From a virus (lineage: Duplodnaviria > Caudoviricetes), in IMG/VR virus record IMGVR_UViG_641201351_000001, positions 32,001 to 96,000 of that record: DNA of 64,000 bases; one strand, 5' to 3'. Positions 9,014-19,409 of this stretch are shown here, in pieces. The notes below the pieces were generated by a model that saw only the letters and a program-made list of their open reading frames with translations, was not told the DNA's origin and ran no database searches. Position numbers and translations under genes: made by a program. Numbering within the stretch: the stretch's first letter is position 1; every line of letters starts with the position of its first letter.

Positions 9014-10482
9014 AATATCTAACTATAGCAAGTTCTGGGGCGGAAGATTTTATTTGTATTTCTGATTCTCCAGTAGATCAAACAACGAATAATCTCCCTG
9101 TTAATTCTAAATGTATAAGACTAAGAACAAAAGCATCTTCAATTGAAGGATTTTGCCCTCCATTAGGACAAAAAATACCAAAAGAAAATTATGTTGTGTA
9201 TAACGAATCGTCAAATTCAATTGATTATTACGAAGCAAGTGCGAATACAAATTGTTCTGTTGGATACACGAAAAAAACAATAGCTTTATATCAAAAACCC
9301 AAATTCAGATATTTCAGAGCTTTAATTTTATACGGATGGAGCATGAAGAATTATTCGTGTTGCGGATGGGACACTAGTGTAGCTCCAAATAGGTCCAAGC
9401 GTGGTTTAGTGCCGTTTAGATATGAAGTTTGGTATTTTGAGTTTGATTCCATAGAAGACGCATATGCCTGGAGGAATCCAAAGCCCTATAATCTGACACC
9501 AATGCACTTATCTACTGAGTCAAGTATATCTTCTACAACAAACTACCAAAGAGGGGTTGGTTATGCATCATCTGCAGATTATTCCTTTCTTGGTAGTTAC
9601 CTACATGGAACATATGGTCTTCAAAATATAGATGATGAAAATGGAACAAAAACAATTTTTATAACCACCGGAGGATCCACAAATTCTGTACATATATTGT
9701 CTGGCAACTACACAAAAGTAAGAATGTATGAAGGGGATTTTTACAATTACCTTTATAATCAAGCATACAATTCTTCCGGTTATCAAAACATACCACTTTG
9801 GCCTTTAAGACGGCAATTCACAACCAGCTATAATGACTATACAGATGAAGAAAAGGAATCTATAGAAACTTTTTCAAATCTTTATATTGCAGGAATAGAA
9901 TATGTTCTTCCAGATAGATATTTTAGACAAAATCCAATATACACAGGTGGAGGCGGATATTGGGTATATCATTATTCTCTTACTCCAAGCTTAGAAAAAT
10001 TAGATTCAACTAATACTATTGGTACAGATATAATGGGTTTTGCTGATTTAGAGATAAATTGGTATTTTGGTAGTAAAACATTTTTTACAAAGACAGACGG
10101 CGTTTACTTCTCCGGAGCTACTTCTTCATGTTCATTTCCTTTTGATCCTATTTTTGCCAATATTATGCAATATTATATGTCTAGAACCCTATATTATAAC
10201 CCATCGGGAGCTTCACTTTATGCGACAAAGAATAGCATTTCTGGATATACAACATCTCCACCAGATTCCAAACCACCAGTAATGTTTCCAATAATTGTAA
10301 CTATGAGAGGAGATATAGGAGGAGATAGGGTAAGACATGCAGCAATAAAACTTGGCATAAGTATCGTTTATGCTGTGCAATATGGTCAAAATGAAGATAA
10401 ACAAAACTTGCCTTCATATCAATTTCCTGACGTTTGTCCGCCAAACACCATACCTAATGCAAACTGGATTCTTAATCTGTAA
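9010..10482 (+). CDS. Tyr/Ser/Thr/Asn-rich protein, probable virion (fibre or baseplate) component
   Basis: 490 aa with beta-rich composition, several Cys and a GGAGG SD; function inferred from composition and neighbours. Confidence 0.55.
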   Translation: MKYLTIASSGAEDFICISDSPVDQTTNNLPVNSKCIRLRTKASSIEGFCPPLGQKIPKENYVVYNESSNSIDYYEASANTNCSVGYTKKTIALYQKPKFRYFRALILYGWSMKNYSCCGWDTSVAPNRSKRGLVPFRYEVWYFEFDSIEDAYAWRNPKPYNLTPMHLSTESSISSTTNYQRGVGYASSADYSFLGSYLHGTYGLQNIDDENGTKTIFITTGGSTNSVHILSGNYTKVRMYEGDFYNYLYNQAYNSSGYQNIPLWPLRRQFTTSYNDYTDEEKESIETFSNLYIAGIEYVLPDRYFRQNPIYTGGGGYWVYHYSLTPSLEKLDSTNTIGTDIMGFADLEINWYFGSKTFFTKTDGVYFSGATSSCSFPFDPIFANIMQYYMSRTLYYNPSGASLYATKNSISGYTTSPPDSKPPVMFPIIVTMRGDIGGDRVRHAAIKLGISIVYAVQYGQNEDKQNLPSYQFPDVCPPNTIPNANWILNL

Positions 10483-10535
10483 GATAGTTGATAAACTGTA
10501 AACGGTTTTCTTAATTTTTCTGATAATATAAAACT

Positions 10536-11408
10536 ATGGCAATATGTTATATAGGACAAGAAGAAGTTTATAGTACACCAAGCCATAATGACAGACTTGC
10601 TATTCTTGATGCAGAAAATGCTACATCATTAAAGGATGATTTAAACTTTATTAGAAGTGTAATTTTTAATATTTTGGGGTTAGATTTTGGAAATGCGGAT
10701 AATAAATGGTATAAAGTTCCTTTTTATAATTTGACTTTTCTTTTTGAAAAATATTCTTCACTAGAATCAGATTTTTCTGTAGAACACTACACATCTTCCG
10801 AAAATCCAAATTTAGCTGGGAAGCATAAAAATATCACAGCAACAGGAAACTTAAATGTTTCTGGATATGGTTTAATAGGACAAAATTTATCGGTTGGAAG
10901 CTATTTAGATGTTGGTACGACTTTAACGACAGGTTCTGACGCTACTATAGGTGGAAATCTAACAGTAAATCTTAGTGGTTCAATATTAATTGATTTGAGT
11001 GTAGGAAGAGATTTAAGTGTTGGACGAAATACCCAAATAGGAAATAATTTGTCTGTTAATAACAATGCAACTATTGTTAACAATACGAATATTGGTGGAA
11101 ATTTAACTGTAGGAGGGTTTGGAACATTTGGCAGCTATATAAATGTACAAGGTAATGCAACAATTCAAGGAGCCGCATCTATAGGACAAACTTTAACTGT
11201 AACTGGTGCTACAACTCTTCAAAGCACGCTTAGTGTTTATAACAACACAAGTATATCTGGAACTTTATCTGTTTTAGGTAATGCAACTTTTTCTGCTAAC
11301 GCAACAATATCAGGAAACCTTACTGTAAATGGACATACATCTACAGGTTCTTTGTATGTTGGAAAGCAGTATATAGCGTTATTAGGAACAGCAAATGTAA
11401 CCAATTAA
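10536..11408 (+). CDS. Beta-helix repeat protein (bactofilin-like or tail-fibre-like)
   Basis: C-terminal two thirds consist of 6/12-aa repeats such as GGNLTV, GRDLSV, GNATI, GTLSV. Confidence 0.7.
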   Translation: MAICYIGQEEVYSTPSHNDRLAILDAENATSLKDDLNFIRSVIFNILGLDFGNADNKWYKVPFYNLTFLFEKYSSLESDFSVEHYTSSENPNLAGKHKNITATGNLNVSGYGLIGQNLSVGSYLDVGTTLTTGSDATIGGNLTVNLSGSILIDLSVGRDLSVGRNTQIGNNLSVNNNATIVNNTNIGGNLTVGGFGTFGSYINVQGNATIQGAASIGQTLTVTGATTLQSTLSVYNNTSISGTLSVLGNATFSANATISGNLTVNGHTSTGSLYVGKQYIALLGTANVTN

Positions 11409-11410
11409 CC

Positions 11411-11938
11411 ATGAGAGTCATTATAGTTAATAAAAAATTAGAACAATACCTCTCAAAATCGTTTAAGTTGAGAGAAGATTTAATATTTGAGTATTATAGG
11501 GGAAGGTGGATTTACTATAACGACATTATTATTCCTCATATCTCTAATGACGATTTTGAAGGATTTTTCTTTTCTGGAGAAAATATTATAACGACAGACA
11601 AAGAACTTGAGGAGAATAAAATTTATTTTGTAAATGATTTTGAGGGTATTTTTACAAAGGAGGAGGCAGCTTTAACAAAGCTAAGGGTTGCCTACGAACT
11701 ATCTCCAACAGAGTACTTTGTTGTGTTGAGGAACAACAAATTTCTCGGCGTTCTGTACAAAAACAACCTCCCTTTAAGTTTGGTAGATTACATAATGTTA
11801 GAAACGAATAAAAGACCGAAATTTAAAGTTAATGTAGATAGATTTGAAATGAAAAAGAAGTTTGTACACATACTAAAAATGTCTAATATTGAAATTGATG
11901 AAGAAATGTTCTTTAGATTAGATGAAATTATAGAATGA
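11411..11938 (+). CDS. Hypothetical protein
   Basis: 175-aa ORF tightly packed in operon. Confidence 0.7.
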   Translation: MRVIIVNKKLEQYLSKSFKLREDLIFEYYRGRWIYYNDIIIPHISNDDFEGFFFSGENIITTDKELEENKIYFVNDFEGIFTKEEAALTKLRVAYELSPTEYFVVLRNNKFLGVLYKNNLPLSLVDYIMLETNKRPKFKVNVDRFEMKKKFVHILKMSNIEIDEEMFFRLDEIIE

Positions 11939-11939
11939 T

Positions 11940-12425
11940 ATGCCACGCTGGAATACATTGGCAATAAAAAATTTTGGTTTTATTGAAGATAATGTATTAT
12001 CTGTTTTTCAGGACTATAAAAATCAATTTAACTTCAAAAATCAAGAACAAACCATACCAAATGACATTAAACTAAATTATGAAGGGGACATAGATTTTTA
12101 CAACGATGATGTTGTTCTAGTATACAATCTAGAGGCATTTATTCAAAGACTTTATTTTTTCCTTATAACGAAAAAGGGAACCTTACCTGGAAACAATGAA
12201 TTTGGCGCATCGTTAGAAGATTACATCGGAACAGGAAGACCTAATCTTAACCTTCTTTTAAGAACCCTAGAGGAAGATTTAAAGACTTTTGATGAAATAG
12301 AGTTTATTAATGATATAAAGGCATCTTTAGTTTCAAATGAACAGACAGAAACTATAGAAATAAATCTGGACTTAAAAGTTAGGGGATTTAAATACAGGGC
12401 GTTTTTAGACTTGGAGCTTATTTAA
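11940..12425 (+). CDS. Baseplate wedge / sheath initiator (T4 gp25-like)
   Basis: QRLYFFLITKKGTLPGNNEFGASLEDYIG matches the gp25 L.T..G......FG..L pattern. Confidence 0.75.
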   Translation: MPRWNTLAIKNFGFIEDNVLSVFQDYKNQFNFKNQEQTIPNDIKLNYEGDIDFYNDDVVLVYNLEAFIQRLYFFLITKKGTLPGNNEFGASLEDYIGTGRPNLNLLLRTLEEDLKTFDEIEFINDIKASLVSNEQTETIEINLDLKVRGFKYRAFLDLELI

Positions 12426-13127
12426 TTAATCCTCGTACCACTTTCTGTTGTAGTCTATATCAAAGTCTTTCTTTAGGTTAAACTTGTGTCCATGAACAAC
12501 ACCTTCACCTATTGCAATAGAAAGCTTTCTACTTAAAACATCATTTCTCCATCTGGGATTAGCTAAATCTGCAACAACATAAGCCAAAACTTTTAGTTTT
12601 TCCCATTCATATTTTGGGTTTAGTTCTTTTATTCTCTTGTTGTATTCGTTTATGTGATCCTTTCTAGGAGCGCCGTTTTGAACAGCCACATCAAAACACA
12701 AGGCTAAGGCTCTTTCGCTTTCAAAATTTAATGCTTCACAAAGAAGTTGCGCCCTCCTAAAGTAGTTGTTTGCAGCCTTTTTAAAGGCTTCTACAGTTTC
12801 TTTTTCCTTAGCTAGGTTTTCAAACTTTATTGACCACTCTCTTTTTACTCCTTTTCCAACGAGAACATTTTTAAGAATGAAGTCTTTGAGTGTTCCGTTG
12901 TATAAAGCCTCTACAAACCCTTTTCCTAGGTATTTTTCTAAGGTTTCTTTGCTTATCATTTTCAATAGTCTTTGAAGTGTTCCTTGTCCTATGTTCCATT
13001 GAAGGGGGCCATATGAAAGTATTTGACCGTCAAAATTTCCTGCTACTCTACCCCAATCCCCACTTACTTCAAATAGGGAAACAAGTCTGAGTAGCTTTTC
13101 TTTTAGATCTTCTTTTATTTTCTTCAT
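12426..13127 (-). CDS. Lysozyme-fold peptidoglycan hydrolase (endolysin candidate)
   Basis: FE..G, GNFDGQILSYGPLQWN.GQGTL and FDVAVQNG are lysozyme/chitosanase-superfamily motifs. Confidence 0.7.
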   Translation of the reverse strand: MKKIKEDLKEKLLRLVSLFEVSGDWGRVAGNFDGQILSYGPLQWNIGQGTLQRLLKMISKETLEKYLGKGFVEALYNGTLKDFILKNVLVGKGVKREWSIKFENLAKEKETVEAFKKAANNYFRRAQLLCEALNFESERALALCFDVAVQNGAPRKDHINEYNKRIKELNPKYEWEKLKVLAYVVADLANPRWRNDVLSRKLSIAIGEGVVHGHKFNLKKDFDIDYNRKWYED

Positions 13128-13186
13128 ATAATATTAGTTTACAGTCTTTAATTGAACGAAAATTTTGTGATAATATAAAGTCAGCA

Positions 13187-14209
13187 ATGAAGACTAGAAC
13201 AATTGACGAAATTAGATATCTAAAAAGACTAGAAAACATCATAAAAGCTAGAATGCAAGATATTGTTAATAGCAATGATATCATTGAGTCTACCCCAGAA
13301 GATAAAGTAAGAATACGGATACCTATAATGGACGAACCGTATTTTAAACCTGTGTTTCCTGGTAGTGGTGCTGGGGCAGGATCTGGATCGGGGAGTGAAC
13401 CTGGAGAGGGTAGCGAGGAAGGTGATCACGAAATTGAAATTGAACTTACTGTTGAAGAACTTTCTGAACTTCTATTTGAATACCTAGGATTGCCCAAAAT
13501 AAAACCAAAAGGCTCTTCTGTAGAGAAAGAAGAATATTTAATTGAAGGAATTTCTAAGACTGGACCAAGATCTAGAATACACAGGAGGAAAACATATTAC
13601 GAAATTATGAAGTATGGTTATAAAGAAGATTCTATAAGGTACAAACACCTTAGGAAAAGAGAAGTACCAATATTTGATGCAATAGTTTATTTTGCAAGAG
13701 ATTACTCTGCATCAGTAGATGACAAGAAAAAATTTAAAATAAAATCAACAGCGTTTTGGATAAATAACTTCATTAAATACAATTACAAGAATGTAACAAC
13801 AAAGTTTGCTGTTCACGACACAAAGGCTAAATTTGTAAGCGAGCAAGATTTTTTTAAGTTGTCTGAAGGTGGAGCTACGCTTTGTTCTTCAGTTTTTGAG
13901 TTAATATATGAAGACTACAGAAGGTATTCAGTAGACGATTATAATTTTTACCTCTTTTACTTCTCTGATGGCGAAAATCTACCAGATGACAATCCTAAAC
14001 TTAGGGAATTAGTAGAAAAGCTATCAGAGGACTTTAACTTAATAGCTTATGGAGAGGTAAAAAGTACAGATGTTTATTACGGATATGGATCTAAAGAAAC
14101 TCTGGTTCCATTATTTATTTCAGTTGGAAAAGATAATGTATTTGCAGAAAAAATCTTTTCAGTAAAGGATTTTATATTGAGGCTTTTTGGTGAGAAAAAT
14201 GAAAGGTAG
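13187..14209 (+). CDS. YeaH/YhbH (DUF444) vWA-domain protein
   Basis: IPI.DEPYF, Gly-rich linker, ELT.EEL..LFE.LGLP, MIDAS residues DYSAS, GGAT and FSDGEN. Confidence 0.9.
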   Translation: MKTRTIDEIRYLKRLENIIKARMQDIVNSNDIIESTPEDKVRIRIPIMDEPYFKPVFPGSGAGAGSGSGSEPGEGSEEGDHEIEIELTVEELSELLFEYLGLPKIKPKGSSVEKEEYLIEGISKTGPRSRIHRRKTYYEIMKYGYKEDSIRYKHLRKREVPIFDAIVYFARDYSASVDDKKKFKIKSTAFWINNFIKYNYKNVTTKFAVHDTKAKFVSEQDFFKLSEGGATLCSSVFELIYEDYRRYSVDDYNFYLFYFSDGENLPDDNPKLRELVEKLSEDFNLIAYGEVKSTDVYYGYGSKETLVPLFISVGKDNVFAEKIFSVKDFILRLFGEKNER

Positions 14210-15536
14210 AAATTACGAAAAAGAAACCTTAGAAATTCTTGAATGGGTAAAAGATTTGGGTTTAGAACCGAAAGACACAATTTTTGTAGATGTAGATAGA
14301 GATAAGCTAATTTTTGCAATATCAAACCACTTTGTTAATGGAATTCCACATTGGACAAAAGGAAGAAATTTCATAAAATACAAAGAACATGAATTGCAAG
14401 GAGGAAAAGTATTTGAAGTTGTTTTTAATAGTACACCAGCAGTAGCCTATATGAGTCTGGCGTTGACAGAAGCTGATATATTGACGATTATTGCTCATGT
14501 TTACGGTCATACACACATTTTTGCAAATAATATTTTTGAATACAAGGATGACAACATATTAGAAAAACTTAACTATTCTCTCCAAGTTTACGAAGAAATG
14601 CTTTCTTATTATTCTTACGATGAGCTAGATGTAATTTATGACTACGCTTATACTGCTTGGAACCTTTTGGTTCCTGATGAAATTCGTGAGAATAAAATAG
14701 AAAACACAACTAAAGAAGAGTTTACTGAGAATAAAATATTTAACAAATTTTTGGGAAGGAAGCCAAAAGTAGAAGATTTTAGGGAAAAGTACAAAAAAGA
14801 GAAAGAAACGGAGTTTAAAAAGAAATATGGAATAGGTTCTGTGTATATACACGAATACATACTAGAACATTCACCCATTCCTGATTGGATGAAAACGCTT
14901 ATAAACAATGAAATTGATCTGCTTAAAGTAATAATGAGAAAGTCAAAATTAAAAATTCTCCACGAGGGGTTTGCTTCTTGGGTAGATACAAAATATCTGC
15001 TTGAAAAAATGGAGGGAAAAGAGTTTTTTAGTAGCTTAATTTCATCTACTCTTGTTGGTTATCCCAGTTTGAGAAATCCTTACTATATTGGATATAAGTT
15101 GTTAGAATTTGCAGAGAATTTTATGAATAAGAAAATACCAGAATATGTTAAATATGTTGATGATTTTGAGCTTATAGAGGAGGTGTTTAATGAAGACTTT
15201 TTTTATTGGCTTTTAAAGCAGTTTCCTCTAGATGAGGATGAGAAGAAAATTTTGTCTGACAGAGAATTGTTTGAAGAAGTTTTTGAGAATCAGAAACAAA
15301 AACTTTTATCAGAATGTCTAAATTATTATCCAATCATTTATATAGATGACTACCCAGATAACATTGAGGAGCCGTCATATGATTATCTAAAAGTATCTTC
15401 GTATTCGCAAAACAGAAAATTAAAGCTTACTTCACAAACCCCGTTGGACACTAGGTATGCTTACGAAACACTAAAAGTTTTAGAAAAAATTTGGATGGGA
15501 CCAATTGTGTTAAGATACAAAACGCTAAAAAAATAG
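14200..15536 (+). CDS. SpoVR/YcgB family protein
   Basis: PHWTKG, VFEVVFNS.P..AY, IAHVYGHTHIF, LHEGFASW and NPYYIG. Start uncertain (14187 or ATG 14200). Confidence 0.9.
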
Positions 15537-15563
15537 GCGAAAGTGCCGGGATATAATTAGATT

Positions 15564-17414
15564 ATGAACCTTGTGGATATTATAAGTTTCTTTGGAACTA
15601 CAGGATCACAACTTCCGTTTAACATAAAAGAAGAGGAAGGAAAATATTACCTAATAAACAACCCCAATAACAAAGTAAACAATATTCCGCTTTCAGATGG
15701 AATTTATTTTGAAGTAATTCAAGGTACGCTAGACAATCAAAACGGGCTAACTCAAAATTTGGTTGTTAAGCTAAGAAATCCAAACAATATACAAATAGCT
15801 TCCTCGTATGTTGTTAGACTTTACAACGCCCAAAACGGTGCTCTACTATTTGAAACTTATGTACCCACTTCCTTCGATGGTTTAGAAGTTTCTTTTTCAA
15901 CTAATGTAAATGTTCCACTTATTACGATTGAAGCAAACGGGTTAGTCCTCTACACAAGTTATGAATACTTAAATGGCTATATTCCTTTAGACCAAAGAAT
16001 TTATGCTTCTTTTAGAGATCCTAATAACATTGAAGTTTTTAGGGCTTTTTTTGTTAGAAAGGTAAACAACAAAAGATATTTCACTTCAACCTTCAGATCT
16101 GTTTACAACAAGTTTTTGAATTCGTCGGCAATTCCTTTTAGATTTTTAGACGCTTACCTAAACAATACAATAATAGGAAATTTCAATTATCAAATAATCA
16201 CAGAATTTAAATTTCCACAGCAGTATAGATTTATTTCAGAACAAGAGTCGCTTTCTATAAGCGCTTATTCAATAATGCTTTTAGCTTTCTATAAAGATTT
16301 TGTTGAAAAACTATCTGGATTTTTAGTAGATGAAGTAGACTTTTCACAACTAGATAAAGATTCAAGAAACTTTCCTTACAAAAAGTATTTTTACAACAAA
16401 AACACTTTGTCTTACGAAAAAGTATCCTCCTATGTGGACATAACAGAGCTTTTGCTTGCAATACTACTAGGAATAAAAATATATGGAATGCTAGATTCCA
16501 GCAAACAAATAATTGATAATTTGGTTAATGCGCTAAACACTTTTTCACCAACTGTTTATTATCCAGACGCATCAGTTGGTTCAAAGGCTTTAATACCTGA
16601 TATCATAAATTCAAATGTAGAAGAACAGTATTCTTTGTTTACAAATGTTTTATTTGCGCATATATTAAATCTTTTAGGAATTGATAATTCGACATTAATC
16701 GATGAAATAAACAGAGTATTTGTCAATAATAGCAAAAAAACAGAAAATAGGTCTTTAGGCACTATAAACTCTTTTACTCCTCTTGAAGCGGCAGTTATTT
16801 TAAAATTTGCACCCCAATATCTTGATACAAGTAACAATTATGTTTCTTCACTAATTTCTTCAGCAACCTCTCATCTCTATTCTGTAGAATATGTAAACTC
16901 TATAGCTTTAAATTCTGATGCAAATTCAGATTCTTACAACCCAATATATAGTGAAAATCTGTCTTCAGCTTTGCCATTTTACGACAAAAGAACTTATGTA
17001 AATCTAATTATAAATAGTCTGTTAGATAATCCGATAAACAACTTTAGAGCTTTTTCTTCTGACGAAGCAATATTGGATAGCTACAAATATTCTATTTACG
17101 AAGGTTTTTATATATTGCCTTCACTTAGAGCAAACCTGACATATTTCTTTTTGAGTATGGAGAATGCATTTGAAGGTAGGGTAGAAGAAAAATCTGAAGT
17201 TGTGCTTATAGATAGTGTTATAAGTGTTGGAACAAATCAGTTGATTGTGGAATTAATTTTTAATAAACCAGTAAAAATTTTGTCAATAATTTCTAATCAA
17301 GGAGTACCTACAGCTTACGCATCGTCAATGTCTGAAAGCGCTCACCATGTATTAACATTTTCTGTTATTAACACCTACTTAAATGGGGTTTTAGAAATTT
17401 ACGTTCTAAGTTAA
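15564..17414 (+). CDS. Hypothetical 616-aa protein, possibly structural
   Basis: Long Asn/Ser-rich ORF with TATAAT 6 nt before ATG. Confidence 0.7.
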   Translation: MNLVDIISFFGTTGSQLPFNIKEEEGKYYLINNPNNKVNNIPLSDGIYFEVIQGTLDNQNGLTQNLVVKLRNPNNIQIASSYVVRLYNAQNGALLFETYVPTSFDGLEVSFSTNVNVPLITIEANGLVLYTSYEYLNGYIPLDQRIYASFRDPNNIEVFRAFFVRKVNNKRYFTSTFRSVYNKFLNSSAIPFRFLDAYLNNTIIGNFNYQIITEFKFPQQYRFISEQESLSISAYSIMLLAFYKDFVEKLSGFLVDEVDFSQLDKDSRNFPYKKYFYNKNTLSYEKVSSYVDITELLLAILLGIKIYGMLDSSKQIIDNLVNALNTFSPTVYYPDASVGSKALIPDIINSNVEEQYSLFTNVLFAHILNLLGIDNSTLIDEINRVFVNNSKKTENRSLGTINSFTPLEAAVILKFAPQYLDTSNNYVSSLISSATSHLYSVEYVNSIALNSDANSDSYNPIYSENLSSALPFYDKRTYVNLIINSLLDNPINNFRAFSSDEAILDSYKYSIYEGFYILPSLRANLTYFFLSMENAFEGRVEEKSEVVLIDSVISVGTNQLIVELIFNKPVKILSIISNQGVPTAYASSMSESAHHVLTFSVINTYLNGVLEIYVLS

Positions 17415-17452
17415 CCTAAAGAACGGGAAGAAAGTGCTATAATATACTCAAG

Positions 17453-19312
17453 ATGAAGTTAAACAGGTTTTTCAAGGGTAAAACAGCGGAGAGCAGAAAA
17501 CTTTCATTTAAAGAATTTCTTGAGGAAAAATTTGTAAGAAACCCCGCAAAGTATTCTAGAAGTGCACATAAATACCTTTTTGATGCAATTACATATTTTG
17601 GGTTCGATGAGGAAAGAAAAATTCCAAAAATCTTTGCAGATGAGCTTTTTGGTGTTGACGATAAAATAAGAGAATTCATGACTATTTTAGAAGCGGGCGC
17701 AAATGGTCATGATGTAAGAAGAAGAATAATCCTTTTTGTTGGTCCAGTAGGAACGGCAAAAAGTACCTTTGTAAGCATTATTAAGAAGGCACTAGAAAGA
17801 TACTCCAAAACAGAAGAAGGAGAAATTTATGCTATAGAATTTTGTCCGATACATGAAGATCCACTAAATTTGATTCCAGAAGATACAAGAGATGATTTTT
17901 ATAAGGAGTTTGGAGTAAAAATAGATCAAGAACTTTGCCCAGTTTGCAGGCATAAATTAAAGGAACTGAAATATGAAGATGTTAGTACAGTACCAGTAGT
18001 TAGGTTTACTTTTTCTGAAGCCGAAAGAAGAGGAATTGCTACATTTGTTCCTGCAGATTGGACCTCACAAGATGTTTCTGTACTTGTTGGCTCAGAAAAT
18101 TTCAGAGCTGTGCAAGAGTTAGGTGATCCTTCACATCCTTTGGGTTGGAATTTTAATGGTTCATTATTTGTTGCAAACAGAGGAATTCATGAATTTATTG
18201 AGCTTCACAAAGCAAAACCAGACCTTCTTTTTCCTTTAATTACTGTTGCACAAGAAAGAAAAGTAAAAGTTGATAGGTTTGGTTTAATCGATGTTGATGA
18301 GGTCTTGATTGCGCATACAAACTATGCAGAATACAATAAATTCGTTAACAAAAAAGAAAATGAAGCGTTAAAAGATAGAACAAGAGAAATAAATTGGATT
18401 TACAATTTAAGATGGGACGATGAAGAAAAAATTTATAAAAAAATGTTGGGAGAAACTACATATCATTTGGCTCCTTGGACATTAAAGTTCATTTCGGGTA
18501 TTGCAATTATGTCTAGATTATCACCAGATAGAGATAAGAAGTATGACTTGTTAACTTCATTAAAACTTTACAACGGTGATTATGGTGCAATGTACTCTGA
18601 ATACCATGTAGACGAAATGAAACATCCTGACGATGGTAAGTTCGGCATTTCGCCAAGGGTAGCAGTAGATGCGCTAAGCTTTGCTTCAGTAGGAAACACT
18701 TGTGTTACTCCAATTAGAGCCTACGAAAAACTAGAAGAAATAATTAAATCTGGAAATGTTGACATACCTCATAAAGAATTTTTGGCGCTAAAAGATATGA
18801 TTTTAACAGAATACAACAAATTTATCAAAGATGCAGTCTTCAGAGCTTTCATCGGTTCTTCCTTTGCCACCGAAGCGCAAAAGTATGTGGATCGTTATAT
18901 TGAAAACGCCCAGGCGTTTATTAATGGAGAAAAAATAAAAGATCCATTTACAGGAAATTATGTAGAACCTGATGAAAAATTTTTAAGGTCAATTGAAGAG
19001 CTAGTTGGAATTTCTAAAGAAGCCGCAAAAGATTTTAGAATGAAAATTCTTGTTAAAGCAACAAATTTACTGAGAATGGGCAAAAAGATTACTTACGATA
19101 TTCATCCTCTGCTAAAAGAAGCGATTGAAAATAAAATCTTTGGCGATAGAGCAACATTTATAAGGGGCTCAATAACTTCTGTAGTAAAAACTGAAGAACA
19201 GGAAAAGCACATACAAGAAGCAGTTGAAGAACTTAAAAAGGTTGGATTTTGCGAAGTTTGTGCAAGAGAAGCTATAAGCTATGTAGCATACCTACTTGAT
19301 GTAGCAAGATAA
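17453..19312 (+). CDS. prkA: PrkA/YeaG family AAA+ ATPase (serine protein kinase annotation)
   Basis: Walker A GPVGTAKST, CPIHEDPL, QDVSVLVG, ANRGIHEFIE, IAHTN, EALKDR and GISPR. Confidence 0.93.
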   Translation: MKLNRFFKGKTAESRKLSFKEFLEEKFVRNPAKYSRSAHKYLFDAITYFGFDEERKIPKIFADELFGVDDKIREFMTILEAGANGHDVRRRIILFVGPVGTAKSTFVSIIKKALERYSKTEEGEIYAIEFCPIHEDPLNLIPEDTRDDFYKEFGVKIDQELCPVCRHKLKELKYEDVSTVPVVRFTFSEAERRGIATFVPADWTSQDVSVLVGSENFRAVQELGDPSHPLGWNFNGSLFVANRGIHEFIELHKAKPDLLFPLITVAQERKVKVDRFGLIDVDEVLIAHTNYAEYNKFVNKKENEALKDRTREINWIYNLRWDDEEKIYKKMLGETTYHLAPWTLKFISGIAIMSRLSPDRDKKYDLLTSLKLYNGDYGAMYSEYHVDEMKHPDDGKFGISPRVAVDALSFASVGNTCVTPIRAYEKLEEIIKSGNVDIPHKEFLALKDMILTEYNKFIKDAVFRAFIGSSFATEAQKYVDRYIENAQAFINGEKIKDPFTGNYVEPDEKFLRSIEELVGISKEAAKDFRMKILVKATNLLRMGKKITYDIHPLLKEAIENKIFGDRATFIRGSITSVVKTEEQEKHIQEAVEELKKVGFCEVCAREAISYVAYLLDVAR

Positions 19313-19371
19313 AAAAGAAGAATTTGAAATTTAAACTAACTTTTCCTTCCCTAACAATGGGAAGGACGACC

Positions 19372-19400
19372 TTGCTTTCCAAAACTTTTTGTGTTAAGAT
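19372..19400 (+). promoter_or_regulatory. Sigma70-type promoter for dNMP kinase
   Basis: TTGCTT-17 nt-TAAGAT with TG extension; ATG 9 nt downstream, no SD. Confidence 0.6.
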
Positions 19401-19409
19401 AGGTCTAGT

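Noticed and set aside
19344-19366. CCTTCCC/GGGAAGG hairpin after prkA as a terminator
   Set aside because: No T tract follows on either strand, so it is left uncalled.
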